Below, piece after piece: positions 52,604 to 64,000 of a stretch of 64,000 bases of DNA. Source of the DNA: Gammaproteobacteria bacterium (GTDB taxonomy: Bacteria; Pseudomonadota; Gammaproteobacteria; Eutrophobiales; Eutrophobiaceae); contig OZ250183.1 in NCBI GenBank assembly GCA_965238225.1, positions 480,001 to 544,000 on the forward strand. Reading direction: 5' to 3'. Within the stretch, counting starts at the first letter, position 1. Each line of letters starts with the position of its first letter. A program made the position numbers and the translations under genes. The notes under the pieces were generated by a model. The model worked only from the letters and a program-made list of their open reading frames with translations, had not been told where the DNA came from and made no database searches.

Positions 52604-53830
52604 ATGTTAACGTCTCATACTGCACTATTTTTAATGACATTATTGCTTGTGGCAACGCTTATTGAGCCGCTAACAGAAAAGATACGTCTGCCTTTCAGTA
52701 TTATTCTAGTTATTATTGGTTTCCTTGGTTCAGAGCTAGTTAGCAAAAAACTAGGTATAGATACTGGTATACGTTGGGATAATTTTGGCACGATTATCTT
52801 TTATTTCATTTTGCCAATTCTCATTTTTCAGGCAGCGCTGGAAATTGATATTGGGCTTTTGTGGAAGAATATTATCCCCATCGGGTTTCTAGCATTGCCA
52901 TTGATGCTGGTGTCAGTAGTGGTCATTGCAAGTTGTGTCTATTATGGAATTAGCCATGCCAGCGGGTTTCCATGGATGGCTGCTTTTATTACCGGCGCCT
53001 TGTTATCAGCCACAGATCCTGCTGCCGTTCTGGCTTTATTAAAAAGCGCAAATGCGCCTGAAAGATTAAGCATATTGCTGGAAGGAGAAAGCCTTTTTAA
53101 TGATGCAACTGCAGTGCTTATGTTCAGTTTATTGGTCGCAATAGCGACAGGGACACAGTCGGTAGGTTCTATGGGCGAGGTTTTATTTCATTTCGCAACA
53201 GTGTTCTTTGGCGGTATATTTGTTGGGCTGGTTTCTGGTCTGTGCATATATTTGATGATAAAAATAGCAGGGAGATACGCCCCATTTCCGTTGCTTAGCC
53301 TTATATGCGCTTATATGACATTTTTGATTGCCGAAGATTTATTGCATTTATCCGGGGTAATGGCTGTCCTTATTGCAGGCTTGACGATAGGAAGATGCCG
53401 ACGTCAGGAACAGTTAGAAATCGATGACGATTTTGCCGAAAAGTTCTGGGGCTTATTGGGGCATATTGCCGAAGCAACAATCTTTCTATTGGCTGGGATT
53501 ACGGTTACCTTGTCTATGTTTATAGAGCAGTGGCTGGCCATAGCGATTGGTATATTTTCTGTTATTATTGCCAGATTTGTAATGATGTTTGGAGCTTTCT
53601 CGGTATTACAAATTATTCCTGACATTGATGCAATACCACTGAAACAACAAACAGTGTTGGCATGGGGGGGTGTTAGAGGCACAGTGACGTTGGCACTGGC
53701 ACTATCATTGCCATTGACACTGGATTATTGGTACACAATTCAATCTATCGCCTATGGGGTCGTTTTATTTACCTTGTTCGTACAGGCAACAACCATCGGA
53801 TGGTTAATACGAAAACTTGATATAACATAG
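52604..53830 (+). CDS. CPA1 (NhaP-type) cation:proton antiporter
   Basis: LSATDP, EGESLFNDA, SGVMA, WGGVRG. Confidence 0.92.
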   Translation: MLTSHTALFLMTLLLVATLIEPLTEKIRLPFSIILVIIGFLGSELVSKKLGIDTGIRWDNFGTIIFYFILPILIFQAALEIDIGLLWKNIIPIGFLALPLMLVSVVVIASCVYYGISHASGFPWMAAFITGALLSATDPAAVLALLKSANAPERLSILLEGESLFNDATAVLMFSLLVAIATGTQSVGSMGEVLFHFATVFFGGIFVGLVSGLCIYLMIKIAGRYAPFPLLSLICAYMTFLIAEDLLHLSGVMAVLIAGLTIGRCRRQEQLEIDDDFAEKFWGLLGHIAEATIFLLAGITVTLSMFIEQWLAIAIGIFSVIIARFVMMFGAFSVLQIIPDIDAIPLKQQTVLAWGGVRGTVTLALALSLPLTLDYWYTIQSIAYGVVLFTLFVQATTIGWLIRKLDIT

Positions 53831-53980
53831 TCACAAGGCTTTAAATTCTCTCTGTAGTATTGAGAGAAACTGTCAATCTTTTTCATTTTTCGCCAATATT
53901 ACTTTCCGCAACAGTTTTTTACCTGATTTAGCTGGGTTATTATCAAGGTTAATTTTTTTAACTACTGCATATCATTTGTA

Positions 53981-54697
53981 ATGAACGCACAATCAAAATT
54001 TAAAATTCATTCATTTGAGCTTGGGCCAATGAATAATTTTGTTTATCTTGTAGAAGATACATCATCTAAACGTGCTGCGGTTGTTGACCCAGCGTGGGAC
54101 ATCCAAAAAATATTTGATCTGGCGGAAAATCGTGGCGCGACCATTACAGATGTCTTGTTAACTCACAGTCACTCTGATCATGTTAACGGTGTTAGTGACG
54201 TATTAGATAAGTTTGATGCGCAGTTGCATTTATCTCAGGCTGAATCTGAGTTTTGGGGGGTACAGTTAGCTAAGCCTTTTTTGCATTATGGCGGGGATAC
54301 GATTCAGTTAGGCAAGACTGAGATTGAGATGTTGCACACACCTGGGCATACGCCTGGATCTGCCTGTTATAAAATTGAGAATGAATTAATTACCGGAGAC
54401 ACTATGTTTGTGTTTGGTTGTGGGCGTTGTGACCTTAGCGGCGGTGATCCGGAACTTATGTTTAATACCCTAAGGCATATGAAAAATGTTTTACCCTCTT
54501 CAACAGTAATACATCCAGGGCATAATTATTCTGCTACACCGACTGCAACCATGGAGGATCAAGTAGCGGGTAATCCATTTATGCATTTTGATAATCTGGA
54601 TGATTTTACTAAATTTCGCATGCATACGCATTCACGAATTCGCAGTACACCATACCAGCCTGTCACTGCAGAGCAGGTTGATAAGATATTAAAATAA
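53981..54697 (+). CDS. MBL-fold metallo-hydrolase (glyoxalase II-like)
   Basis: THSHSDH, TPGHTPG, TGDT.F..GCGR, PGHNY. Confidence 0.9.
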   Translation: MNAQSKFKIHSFELGPMNNFVYLVEDTSSKRAAVVDPAWDIQKIFDLAENRGATITDVLLTHSHSDHVNGVSDVLDKFDAQLHLSQAESEFWGVQLAKPFLHYGGDTIQLGKTEIEMLHTPGHTPGSACYKIENELITGDTMFVFGCGRCDLSGGDPELMFNTLRHMKNVLPSSTVIHPGHNYSATPTATMEDQVAGNPFMHFDNLDDFTKFRMHTHSRIRSTPYQPVTAEQVDKILK

Positions 54698-54821
54698 GAT
54701 CTTAATTTTAGTCTGAAAGTTGAATCTAAAAATTGAGTGTGAACCAAAAATTTTGATTATTAACCGGGTTCACTTGTCGCAGTCAGTCAATTATTATTGG
54801 TATAAATTAAGCTAAATATTA

Positions 54822-56036
54822 TTATTTTTTCTTGTTAAGGATTCGTAAACGCAGTGCATTTAATTTAATAAAGCCTTCAGCATCTTTATGGTTATAAGTA
54901 TCCGTATCATCTTCAAAGGTTGCAATATTTTCATCAAACAGGCTGTCTGATTCAGACTTCCTGCCTAAAATCATAACATTACCTTTGTAAAGTTTAAGAC
55001 GTACTATACCATTGACACAAAATTGAGTTTGGTTAATCAGAGTTTGCATGGCTTCACGCTCTGGACTCCACCAATAACCATTATAAATTAAGCTGGCATA
55101 ACGCGGCATAAGATCATCTTTAAGGTGCGCTACTTCACGATCCAGTGTAATCGACTCAATCGCCCTATGTGCTTTTAACATGACGGTGCCGCCTGGTGTT
55201 TCATAACATCCACGAGATTTCATACCTATATAACGATTTTCAACAATATCAGCACGCCCAATACCGTGGGAAGAAGCAATCTTATTTAGTGTTGTGAGCA
55301 CCATTGTTGGCGACATTGATTTGCCATTTATGGCAGTAACATCACCTTTACGATATCCAAGCTCAATAATTTCAGCCTTGTCTGGGGCTTGTTCTGGTGC
55401 AACACTCCAGTGCCACATAGCCTCTTCTGGTGCGCTCCATGGATCTTCAAGAATGCCACCTTCATAAGAGATGTGTAGCAGGTTTGCATCCATAGAATAA
55501 GGAGAACCACCACCGATTTTTTTTTCAACAGCAATATTATGTTGTTCGGCATAGGCTAAGAGTTTTTTTCGTGAATTCAAGTCCCATTCGCGCCATGGGG
55601 CAATGATTTTGATATCGGGACTAAGCGCATAGGCACCGAGTTCAAAACGTATCTGATCATTGCCTTTGCCCGTTGCGCCATGTGAGATGGCATCAGCACC
55701 AGTTTCATTGACAATCTCTATAAGTCGTTTGGCAATCAAGGGGCGAGCAATCGATGTTCCTAGTAAGTATTCGCCCTCGTATAAGGTATTAGCACGAAAC
55801 ATAGGATAGACAAAGTCGCTGACAAATTCTTCAGTCAGGTCATCAGTATAAATTTCCTTGACACCTAGAGCCTGTGCTTTGGCGCGTGCCGGTTTAACTT
55901 CCCCACTTTGACCAATATTCGCGGTAAAGGTGACGACCTCACATTGATATTGATCCTGTAACCATTTCAGGATGACAGAAGTATCTAAGCCCCCTGAATA
56001 GGCGAGAACAATTTTTAATGGTGCATTTTTAGTCAT
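54822..56036 (-). CDS. argG: Argininosuccinate synthase
   Basis: [38 protein letters not shown]. Confidence 0.98.
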   Translation of the reverse strand: MTKNAPLKIVLAYSGGLDTSVILKWLQDQYQCEVVTFTANIGQSGEVKPARAKAQALGVKEIYTDDLTEEFVSDFVYPMFRANTLYEGEYLLGTSIARPLIAKRLIEIVNETGADAISHGATGKGNDQIRFELGAYALSPDIKIIAPWREWDLNSRKKLLAYAEQHNIAVEKKIGGGSPYSMDANLLHISYEGGILEDPWSAPEEAMWHWSVAPEQAPDKAEIIELGYRKGDVTAINGKSMSPTMVLTTLNKIASSHGIGRADIVENRYIGMKSRGCYETPGGTVMLKAHRAIESITLDREVAHLKDDLMPRYASLIYNGYWWSPEREAMQTLINQTQFCVNGIVRLKLYKGNVMILGRKSESDSLFDENIATFEDDTDTYNHKDAEGFIKLNALRLRILNKKK

Positions 56037-56276
56037 TTAATCAAAACCCCGGTTACTAAATATCTTCCTCGAAAATTTTCGACAAGGTAAAAAAGCGCAT
56101 CATTGTAACTGCTTAATAATACTGAGTGAAGGATAGGTGATAATTAATGTGAGATATTTTATGGCAATATACAGTAAATTAAAGGCTTGTTTAATGAATC
56201 CCCTAATTCCCTATACGATAAAATTAAGGATCTCTTGCATATAGTCAGTAGTCAAGAACAGTGTTCGTTATAAAAA

Positions 56277-58064
56277 TTATTTTTTTTGTTTAGGAATATA
56301 TAAATCAGTGATCGTCCCCTCAAATACTTCAGCTGCAAGTCCAATGGTTTCTGATAATGTCGGGTGCGGATGGATGGTGAGGCTTATATCTTCGGCATCG
56401 GCACCCATTTCAATGGCTAAAGCACATTCAGCAATGAGCTCTCCGGCATTAGGTCCGACAATCGCAGCGCCAATAATTCTATTAGATTTTTTTTCAAATA
56501 AAATTTTTGTGATGCCATCATCCCTACAGACAGATAAAGATCTGCTGCTTGCAGACCATGGGAATATACCTTTACCATAATCAATGCCATTTTCTTTGGC
56601 TTCTATTTCTGTGACACCGACCCAGGCAACTTCGGGGTCGGTGTAGGCAACTGATGGAATCACACGATTATCAAAACAAATCTTTAAGCCAACGATAACC
56701 TCAGCGGCAACTTTACCTTCATGGCTTGCCTTATGCGCTAACATGGGCTGTCCGACAATATCACCGATAGCAAAAATATTTTGAATATTTGTTCTTTGTT
56801 GATCATCTACTGGTATAAATCCATATTCGTTAACATTAATACCTACATTTTCTGCGCCGATCTTTAAACCATTAGGCTTCCTGCCAACAGATAATAATAT
56901 TGCATCAAACTTATCAAACTCTGGCGAGTTTTTGCCACTAAATGAAACATTGAGATATTTCTTTGTCTTCTCAATTTTTGTAACTGCGGTGTCCAAATAA
57001 ATATTTTCATAACGTTTATTGATACGTTTTTGTAAGGGACGAATAATATCTTTATCACAGTCAGCAACTAATACATCGAGCATTTCTACAATGGTAATTT
57101 TCGATCCGAATGCTTCGTATACTGTGGCCATTTCCAGACCAATCACGCCACCACCTATAATAAGCAGTCTTTTAGGGATGTTATCAAGCAATAAGGCATC
57201 TGTTGAATCCATAATTCGAGGATCGTCCGGGAAAGAAGGAATACTAGCGGGCTGAGAACCTGCCGCGATGATGGCATGTTCAAATGAGATTGTTTTCTTG
57301 CCCGCATTACTTTCTATTTCTAACATATTCGCTGAAATAAATTTACCTGTGCCATGAACTACTTTTATCTTGCGTTGTTTGGCCATGGCTTTAAGGCCAA
57401 CAGTTAATTTATTAATGACATTAGCTGCAAATTGTCGGATTGTATTTGTATTGATGTTCGATGAACCAAGATCGATTCCTTGTTCTTTTAATTCGTCAAT
57501 TTCTGAAATGACTTTGGCGATGTGCAGAAGTGCTTTGGAAGGGATACAGCCAACATTAAGACAGACACCTCCCAGTGTTTCGTAGCGTTCAATGAGTATC
57601 GTTCGTTTTCCAAGGTCTGCTGCACGAAACGCTGCAGTGTAACCTCCAGGCCCTCCACCTAGCACAGCAACTTCACAATGTAAGTCGCCTTGCTTAATGT
57701 TTGCATTAGTTTTTCTGGTTTCTTTGTTAATTTCAGAGATATTTTTAGATGTAGCGCTGCTGGCGCTATCAGAATTAGCTTCTGGTTTTTGTTCCGAGTC
57801 ACGACCGTTTTCTTGTTCATCACCTTCTAGTTTCATGGTTAAAATTAATTCACCCTGTGAAACCTTATCGCCAACTTTTATGGATATATCCTTGGCTACA
57901 CCACTGTATGGGGAGGGGATATCTATTGCAGCTTTATCACTTTCCAAGGTTATCAGTGTGTCCTCTTGTTGAATCTTGTCGTTTCTATTGACCATGACTT
58001 CTATCACTTCAACAGCTTGAAAGTCACCAATATCGGGGACTAGAATTTCTTTAAATTTAGACAC
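56277..58064 (-). CDS. lpdA: Dihydrolipoamide dehydrogenase with N-terminal lipoyl domain
   Basis: LESDKA lipoyl motif, GGGPGG, GGVCLNVGCIP, HPHPTLSE. Confidence 0.96.
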   Translation of the reverse strand: MSKFKEILVPDIGDFQAVEVIEVMVNRNDKIQQEDTLITLESDKAAIDIPSPYSGVAKDISIKVGDKVSQGELILTMKLEGDEQENGRDSEQKPEANSDSASSATSKNISEINKETRKTNANIKQGDLHCEVAVLGGGPGGYTAAFRAADLGKRTILIERYETLGGVCLNVGCIPSKALLHIAKVISEIDELKEQGIDLGSSNINTNTIRQFAANVINKLTVGLKAMAKQRKIKVVHGTGKFISANMLEIESNAGKKTISFEHAIIAAGSQPASIPSFPDDPRIMDSTDALLLDNIPKRLLIIGGGVIGLEMATVYEAFGSKITIVEMLDVLVADCDKDIIRPLQKRINKRYENIYLDTAVTKIEKTKKYLNVSFSGKNSPEFDKFDAILLSVGRKPNGLKIGAENVGINVNEYGFIPVDDQQRTNIQNIFAIGDIVGQPMLAHKASHEGKVAAEVIVGLKICFDNRVIPSVAYTDPEVAWVGVTEIEAKENGIDYGKGIFPWSASSRSLSVCRDDGITKILFEKKSNRIIGAAIVGPNAGELIAECALAIEMGADAEDISLTIHPHPTLSETIGLAAEVFEGTITDLYIPKQKK

Positions 58065-58103
58065 AGTTTATGAGTAAGCGCTTGGTTTGTTTGATTTTTT
58101 CGG

Positions 58104-59399
58104 CTATAAGAGTATGTGGCGGATGTCCGTTAGGATAGTGTTGAGAAATTGTGCGAATTGAGCACCGGCAACGCCATCAATAACACGATGATCATATGAC
58201 AATGCATAAGGCATAATTAACCGCGGAACAAATTTTCCATTCTCATAAACAGGCTTCATGGCAGATCGGGATATACCCAGAATAGCGACCTCAGGCGCAT
58301 TAATGATAGGTGTAAATCCTGTTCCTCCGATACCCCCAAGACTTGATATAGTGAAGCATCCTCCCCGCATGTCAGCAGGGCTTAATTTTTCTTCCTGTGC
58401 TTTATTATTTAGCTGGCTAATTTCAGCTGCGATTTCAAACAAACTTTTTTTGTCGGCATCTTTAATGACAGGTACGATAAGACCATTTTTGGTATTTACT
58501 GCGATACCAATATGAAAATATTTTTTTATTACCAGATTCTCACCATCTGAAGTAAGAGAAGAATTAAATTCTGGAAATTTCTGTAAAGCGATAACAGTAG
58601 CTTTTACTAGAAAGGCCACTAGAGTGAGTTTAATACCTTCGGCTTTTGCCTCATCCAATTTTAATTTTCTAAATTCTTCGAGATCAGAAATATCCGCTTC
58701 ATTGAATTGTGTGACATGAGGTGCGGTTACCCAATTGCGATGTAATGCCTGCCCACCAAGCCGTTTTAGTCGACTCAGTGGCTGTATCTTGGTTTGTCCG
58801 AACTTTGAAAAATCAACTGGTGGGATTCCAGGGAAACCAGAACTACCATCCAATTTATTTCCAGACAATATACCTTTGGCAAAGATCTTAACATCCTCTT
58901 TGAGGATGCGACCCTTGCGACCTTTACCATAAACTAGTCCAAGATCAACGCCCAGCTCTCTGGCAAAGCGCCGCACCGAAGGACTGGCATGCGCCTTTTC
59001 TGAACGGCTTTCCCCCACAATCTTTGCGGTTTCCATGAACACAGGGGGAGGTTGGTGGCATGTTATCTGGGGTACTTCTTGTACGGGCTCTGAAGTCTCA
59101 AGAGTAGATTCAATTTGTATCTCGTCTTGCTGTTTTTCTGTTGATGAAGTATCTGCTTCAGACTCATCCAGTAATAGAATCGGTGTGCCTTCTGATATTG
59201 CATCTCCAACACTAACGAAAAATTTGATCACTGTTCCTGCTACGGGAGAAGGGATATCCATAGTGGCCTTATCACTTTCCAGTGATACAATCGTGTCCTC
59301 TGCGTTAACGCTATCACCGACTTTAATTGGTATTTCAATGATATCAACCGCTTCAAAGTCTCCAATATTAGGGAGTAATATTTTCTTGGGGCTAGCCAT
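58104..59399 (-). CDS. aceF: Pyruvate dehydrogenase E2 with one lipoyl domain
   Basis: [28 protein letters not shown]. Confidence 0.96.
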   Translation of the reverse strand: MASPKKILLPNIGDFEAVDIIEIPIKVGDSVNAEDTIVSLESDKATMDIPSPVAGTVIKFFVSVGDAISEGTPILLLDESEADTSSTEKQQDEIQIESTLETSEPVQEVPQITCHQPPPVFMETAKIVGESRSEKAHASPSVRRFARELGVDLGLVYGKGRKGRILKEDVKIFAKGILSGNKLDGSSGFPGIPPVDFSKFGQTKIQPLSRLKRLGGQALHRNWVTAPHVTQFNEADISDLEEFRKLKLDEAKAEGIKLTLVAFLVKATVIALQKFPEFNSSLTSDGENLVIKKYFHIGIAVNTKNGLIVPVIKDADKKSLFEIAAEISQLNNKAQEEKLSPADMRGGCFTISSLGGIGGTGFTPIINAPEVAILGISRSAMKPVYENGKFVPRLIMPYALSYDHRVIDGVAGAQFAQFLNTILTDIRHILL

Positions 59400-59400
59400 G

Positions 59401-62091
59401 TTATACAGTTACAGGATTGGGTTTGTCGGGGTCAATGTCATATTTCTTTATGGCTTCTGTGACTTTTGCAACAGGGAGCAAATCATCATCAGCCAGCACT
59501 TTTAGTGCAGCAATAACAATATAGTAACGATCCACTTCGAAGAATTTCCTTAATTTGATCCGAGTGTCGCTGCGGCCATAACCATCTGTTCCTAATACCA
59601 CATAACGACCTGGTACGAACTCTCTTATTTGATCAGCATATATTTTCATATAATCTGTTGATGCAATCACAGGGCAATCAACATTAAGTAGAGATGATGT
59701 AACATAAGGTACCTTTGGTTTTTTATTTGGATGCAACATATTCCATCGTTTTATGTCCAGTCCATCTCGACGTAATTCATTAAAACTGGTCACGCTCCAG
59801 ATATCGGAAGCTACAGCAAAGTCTTCCTTAAGAAGAACTGCGGCAGCAATGATTTCACGCACAATTGTGCCCGAGCCCAGAAGCGTTACTTTTAATTTTT
59901 TCTTACCGCCTGGTTTTAATAGATACATGCCTTTAAGAATGCCTTCTTCAGCCATATTTGGCATCGGCGGATGTTGGTAATTTTCATTCATGACTGTGAT
60001 GTAATAAAAAATATCTTCAAAATCCTGATACATGCGCTTTAAGCCGTCTTGAATAATAACCGCAAGCTCGTAGGCATAGGTCGGGTCATAAGAAACACAG
60101 TTTGGAATGGTCGATGCTTGCACATGGCTATGACCATCCTGATGTTGTAAGCCTTCACCGTTTAAAGTGGTTCTGCCCGCAGTGCCGCCAAGTAAGAAGC
60201 CTCTGGAACGCATATCACCACCAGCCCAAGCCAGATCGCCTACACGCTGGAAGCCAAACATGGAATAATAAATATAAAAAGGAATCATGTGTACGCCATG
60301 ATTCTTGTAGGAAGTTGCTGCAGCAATCCATGATGAATAAGCGCCAGCTTCATTGATCCCTTCTTCAAGGATCTGACCTTTGATATCTTCACGGTAATAC
60401 ATGACTTGTTCGTGATCAACGGGTTGGTAGAGTTGTCCAGCACTGGAATAAATGCCTAATTGTCTAAACATACCTTCCATGCCAAAAGTACGTGCCTCAT
60501 CCGGAACGATGGGGACAATATTCTTGCCAATATCCTTACTTTTAAGTAGTGCATTCAGGATACGGACAAAAGACATGGTTGTAGAGATTTCTCTTGCGCC
60601 CGTGCCATCTAATAATTTTTGATGAATATCCAGCTTTGGTATTTTAAGTGGTGCCAGTTTCTTCCGCTTAGTAAAGAAATAACCGCCTAATGCCTCACGA
60701 TGTTCCTTAAGGTATTTAATTTCTTCGCTATCTTGCGGCGGGCGATAATAGGGCGTATCTGCAATTTCTTCATCAGAGACAGGGATATTAAAACGATCAC
60801 GAAATTGTTTGAGTGCCTCTTCACCCAGTTTTTTCTGTTGATGACTGATATTTTGACCTTCTCCCGCGTCCCCCATACCATACCCTTTTACTGTTTTGAC
60901 GAGTATTACAGTGGGTTGTCCGGTGTGTTTCACTGCGGCAGCATAAGCTGCGTATACCTTATGTGGATCGTGCCCACCACGATTGAGTCGCCAGATATCA
61001 TCATCAGTCATATTGGCGACCATGGCTTTTAATTCAGGATATTTGCCAAAAAAATGTTCTCTGACAAAAGCACCATCATTGGCCTTATAAGCCTGATATT
61101 CACCGTCAACAACTTCTTCCATACGCTTATGAAGTAGACCATTTGTGTCACGTGAAATTAGTGGATCCCAGTAGGAGCCCCAGATAACCTTGATGACATT
61201 CCAGCCTGCACCACGAAATATCCCTTCCAGTTCCTGAATGATCTTGCCATTACCGCGCACCGGTCCATCCAATCTTTGCAAGTTACAGTTGACAACAAAG
61301 ATTAAGTTATCAAGTTTTTCGCGCGCCGCAAGGCCAATAGCCCCCATTGATTCTGGTTCATCGGTTTCACCGTCACCAATAAAGACCCAAACTTTTCTAT
61401 CGCTCGGTTTTTTCAAACCACGATTTTCCATATAACGCATAAATCGCGCCTGATAGATAGCCATAATAGGCCCAAGTCCCATGGAGACTGTCGGGAATTG
61501 CCAGTAATCTGGCATCAGCCAAGGATGAGGATAAGACGATAAACCCTCGCCATCGACTTCTTGGCGAAAGTTGTTCATTTGTTTTTTGGTAATTCTTCCT
61601 GTCAAAAATGCACGGGCATAAATCCCGGGTGCAGAATGCCCTTGTACAAATAACATATCGCCGTCATGATCATGGCTTGGAGCGCGGAAGAAGTGATTAA
61701 AACCAACATCGTAAAGTGTTGCAGAAGAGGCAAAGCTTGAAATATGTCCGCCTAAATCACCCGCCTTCCTATTTGCCTTAACAACCATAGCCATAGCGTT
61801 CCAACGCACAATAGATCGTATACGCCACTCAATCCCTGGGTCACCTGGCGAGCGTTCTTCTTTGTTTGGAGGGATGGTATTGAGGTAAGCCGTATTTGCT
61901 GAATAGGGAAGGTAAGCGCCAGTTTTACGTGCCTTGGCTATTAGTTGTTCAAGGATAAAATGGGCACGTTCGATCCCTTCGTGCTCAAGAATAGATTCCA
62001 ACGCCTCAAGCCATTCTTGCGTCTCTTGCCTGTCAATATCTTGTTGTTTTTCCATCATTATTTGGCTCTGGTCTGTACTTTTCCCGTACAT
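59401..62091 (-). CDS. aceE: Pyruvate dehydrogenase E1 (homodimeric type)
   Basis: [34 protein letters not shown]; true start may be MMEKQ near 62058. Confidence 0.97.
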   Translation of the reverse strand: MYGKSTDQSQIMMEKQQDIDRQETQEWLEALESILEHEGIERAHFILEQLIAKARKTGAYLPYSANTAYLNTIPPNKEERSPGDPGIEWRIRSIVRWNAMAMVVKANRKAGDLGGHISSFASSATLYDVGFNHFFRAPSHDHDGDMLFVQGHSAPGIYARAFLTGRITKKQMNNFRQEVDGEGLSSYPHPWLMPDYWQFPTVSMGLGPIMAIYQARFMRYMENRGLKKPSDRKVWVFIGDGETDEPESMGAIGLAAREKLDNLIFVVNCNLQRLDGPVRGNGKIIQELEGIFRGAGWNVIKVIWGSYWDPLISRDTNGLLHKRMEEVVDGEYQAYKANDGAFVREHFFGKYPELKAMVANMTDDDIWRLNRGGHDPHKVYAAYAAAVKHTGQPTVILVKTVKGYGMGDAGEGQNISHQQKKLGEEALKQFRDRFNIPVSDEEIADTPYYRPPQDSEEIKYLKEHREALGGYFFTKRKKLAPLKIPKLDIHQKLLDGTGAREISTTMSFVRILNALLKSKDIGKNIVPIVPDEARTFGMEGMFRQLGIYSSAGQLYQPVDHEQVMYYREDIKGQILEEGINEAGAYSSWIAAATSYKNHGVHMIPFYIYYSMFGFQRVGDLAWAGGDMRSRGFLLGGTAGRTTLNGEGLQHQDGHSHVQASTIPNCVSYDPTYAYELAVIIQDGLKRMYQDFEDIFYYITVMNENYQHPPMPNMAEEGILKGMYLLKPGGKKKLKVTLLGSGTIVREIIAAAVLLKEDFAVASDIWSVTSFNELRRDGLDIKRWNMLHPNKKPKVPYVTSSLLNVDCPVIASTDYMKIYADQIREFVPGRYVVLGTDGYGRSDTRIKLRKFFEVDRYYIVIAALKVLADDDLLPVAKVTEAIKKYDIDPDKPNPVTV

Positions 62092-62345
62092 TTATAATCT
62101 TATCATAAATGCCCATTTTAGAATTTTTTTTGAGCAAACACCAAATAAGTGTCCGGAAAAAAACTAGAAGATTTTGGATGTGAATCTCTCTCACGCAGGC
62201 AGAATGTATTCCGATCATAATATAATCAGAAATATAAGAAGATTTAGAGCGGGGGTTTGTATCATGATTCCCGTATTATTTTGGTATTTTGATTGGTTTG
62301 TGTAAGCATCTTTACTGATTACAATAGGCAAATATCTTAGCGTTT

Positions 62346-63860
62346 ATGTTGGATGATAATGAATTATGTATTCCATACAATCAGGAGAAATATTCGATGC
62401 ACATTAAATTACACCAAAATGCAGCACCACCTAAAAAGCTGAACCTCGATAAAATCTGTAACTGGATCATAGTGTTTTCTGAAAAAATCAATGAAGCACA
62501 CCCTTATTCATATGTATTTACGGAAAGAAAGCGGGCAATGGGGTGCGAAAAGGAAGACACAAGTCCGGTTGTTTGTGATTTACCCAATAAAAAAATAAGC
62601 CATGTTGCATTAGCCTGCATTAAGGCAGATATTTCAAGTTTCAAATTATTGACTCTGGCAAGAAAACTGGTTTCTGAACACACTTCATTTTCAGCAAATG
62701 AAATTGCTGTATCGGTTGAAAATTTTAATGAAACACAAGCCGAAAGAATTACAGAGGCAATCATTGTCGCCATTCTCGCAGCCTTTGAGGATATGCCCAG
62801 TTTCAAGAGCAAAAAAAAGCAATCAGAAAAACTTTCCAGAATACATATTTATGGGGTGAAAAAACCTCACAGGTTCAAGCGCACTTTTGCAGAAGCAGAG
62901 GGCAATGCTTTAGCACGTTCATTGAGCATGTTGCCATCGAATAAATTAACGCCATCTATTTATTTAAGACGCGTCAAGGAGCTGGGAAAAGATAATAAGT
63001 GGAAGCTGGAATTTTATGACACTAAAGCATTGCAGAGGAAAAAGGCAGGTGCTTTTTTAGCCGTATCACAGGGAAGCCCAATAGCTGATGCAGGAATTGT
63101 AAGATTACAATACAAGCCTACAGCAAAGATACGCAAAGGAAAAATAATATTTGTCGGCAAAGGTATTTGTTATGACACTGGAGGAACAAACTTAAAGCCT
63201 GCAAATTACATGTTTGGTATGCACGAAGATATGCAGGGCAGTGCTGTTGCGCTGGGAGTATTTTTGGCTTTAACGCGTATGCAAGTGGATTTTCCGATGG
63301 AGTGTTGGTTGGCATTGGCAATGAATCATATCGGCCCTAAAGCATATAAACCGAATGACGTGGTTACAGCGTCCGATGGTACGAGCATTGAAATTGTGCA
63401 TACCGATGCAGAAGGTCGTATGGTATTAGCCGATACTTTGGCCATGGCTTCAAAATTAAAACCAGAATTAATTATTGATTACGCAACATTGACTGGTGCC
63501 TGTATATATTCATTAGGTACAGCCTACAGCGGTGTCTTTACCAATAAAGAGAAATTGATTCCAGTTTTGATTGCAGCAGGTAAAGATAGCGGTGAACGTG
63601 TCTGGCCTTTCCCGATGGATGAAGATTTTGATAAAGCAATAGAAAGTGATATCGCCGATGTTAAACAATGTGCTTTGGAGGCAGGCACGGATCATATTCT
63701 TGCATCAAGATTTCTTCAGCGCTTCGTAAAAAATGATACGCCTTGGATACATGTTGATTTGTCCAGTAGCAATCGTAAAGGTGGTCTCGCACATATCCCC
63801 ACAGACACCACAGGCTTCGGTATCCGTTTTACACTCAATTTTCTACTAGATAAAAGATAG
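62346..63860 (+). CDS. M17 leucyl aminopeptidase family protein
   Basis: GKGICYDTGG, DMQG, HTDAEGR, ATLTGA; start may be 62397. Confidence 0.9.
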   Translation: MLDDNELCIPYNQEKYSMHIKLHQNAAPPKKLNLDKICNWIIVFSEKINEAHPYSYVFTERKRAMGCEKEDTSPVVCDLPNKKISHVALACIKADISSFKLLTLARKLVSEHTSFSANEIAVSVENFNETQAERITEAIIVAILAAFEDMPSFKSKKKQSEKLSRIHIYGVKKPHRFKRTFAEAEGNALARSLSMLPSNKLTPSIYLRRVKELGKDNKWKLEFYDTKALQRKKAGAFLAVSQGSPIADAGIVRLQYKPTAKIRKGKIIFVGKGICYDTGGTNLKPANYMFGMHEDMQGSAVALGVFLALTRMQVDFPMECWLALAMNHIGPKAYKPNDVVTASDGTSIEIVHTDAEGRMVLADTLAMASKLKPELIIDYATLTGACIYSLGTAYSGVFTNKEKLIPVLIAAGKDSGERVWPFPMDEDFDKAIESDIADVKQCALEAGTDHILASRFLQRFVKNDTPWIHVDLSSSNRKGGLAHIPTDTTGFGIRFTLNFLLDKR

Positions 63861-63900
63861 TTAGATGTGCGCAGAAAATTTAAATTTATGAGGAAATAAA

Positions 63901-64000
63901 ATGTCTGGCGGCATGATAAGAAAATTTAGAATCTTGATTCTGTTTTGTGTGTTGTTGATTGTTGTTCTATCTGCTTGGCAGGCAAAAGAACGCAGCACTG
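63901..64000 (+). CDS. Partial hypothetical protein with N-terminal hydrophobic helix, runs off the right edge
   Basis: GAGG ribosome-binding site; MSGGMIRKFRILILFCVLLIVVLSAWQAKERST. Confidence 0.5.
   Translation, partial: MSGGMIRKFRILILFCVLLIVVLSAWQAKERST

Overview
AT-rich gammaproteobacterial chromosome segment, mostly housekeeping genes: spoT-rpoZ-gmk-yicC, rph-rdgB-hemW-rnd, a stand-alone fusA, bioA, nth, fdxA, htpG, aroC, tldD, alaC-hom-thrC, recJ-prfB-lysS, argG, aceEF-lpdA and an M17 peptidase. The main accessory locus is a secreted RiPP metallophore cluster at 43420-45543. It has a Sec-signal precursor with a 23-unit, 15-bp tandem repeat (17x EGKCG, 6x EGKKM), a DUF692 multinuclear non-heme iron enzyme and a DUF2063 partner. 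A matching DoxX gene lies about 6.3 kb downstream. The family (oxazolin/bufferin-like) is known, but this precursor looks unusually long and regular. The window also shows ongoing gene decay: mpl, a PP2C phosphatase, a SoxD-like cytochrome c, an ATPase + PD-(D/E)xK nuclease pair, a ThDP decarboxylase and a DUF262-HNH nuclease are all broken. Several deletion junctions look microhomology-mediated, which suggests a host-associated lineage in early genome reduction. I saw no rRNA, tRNA, CRISPR array or intact transposase. Family assignments come from motif recognition by eye, not database searches.
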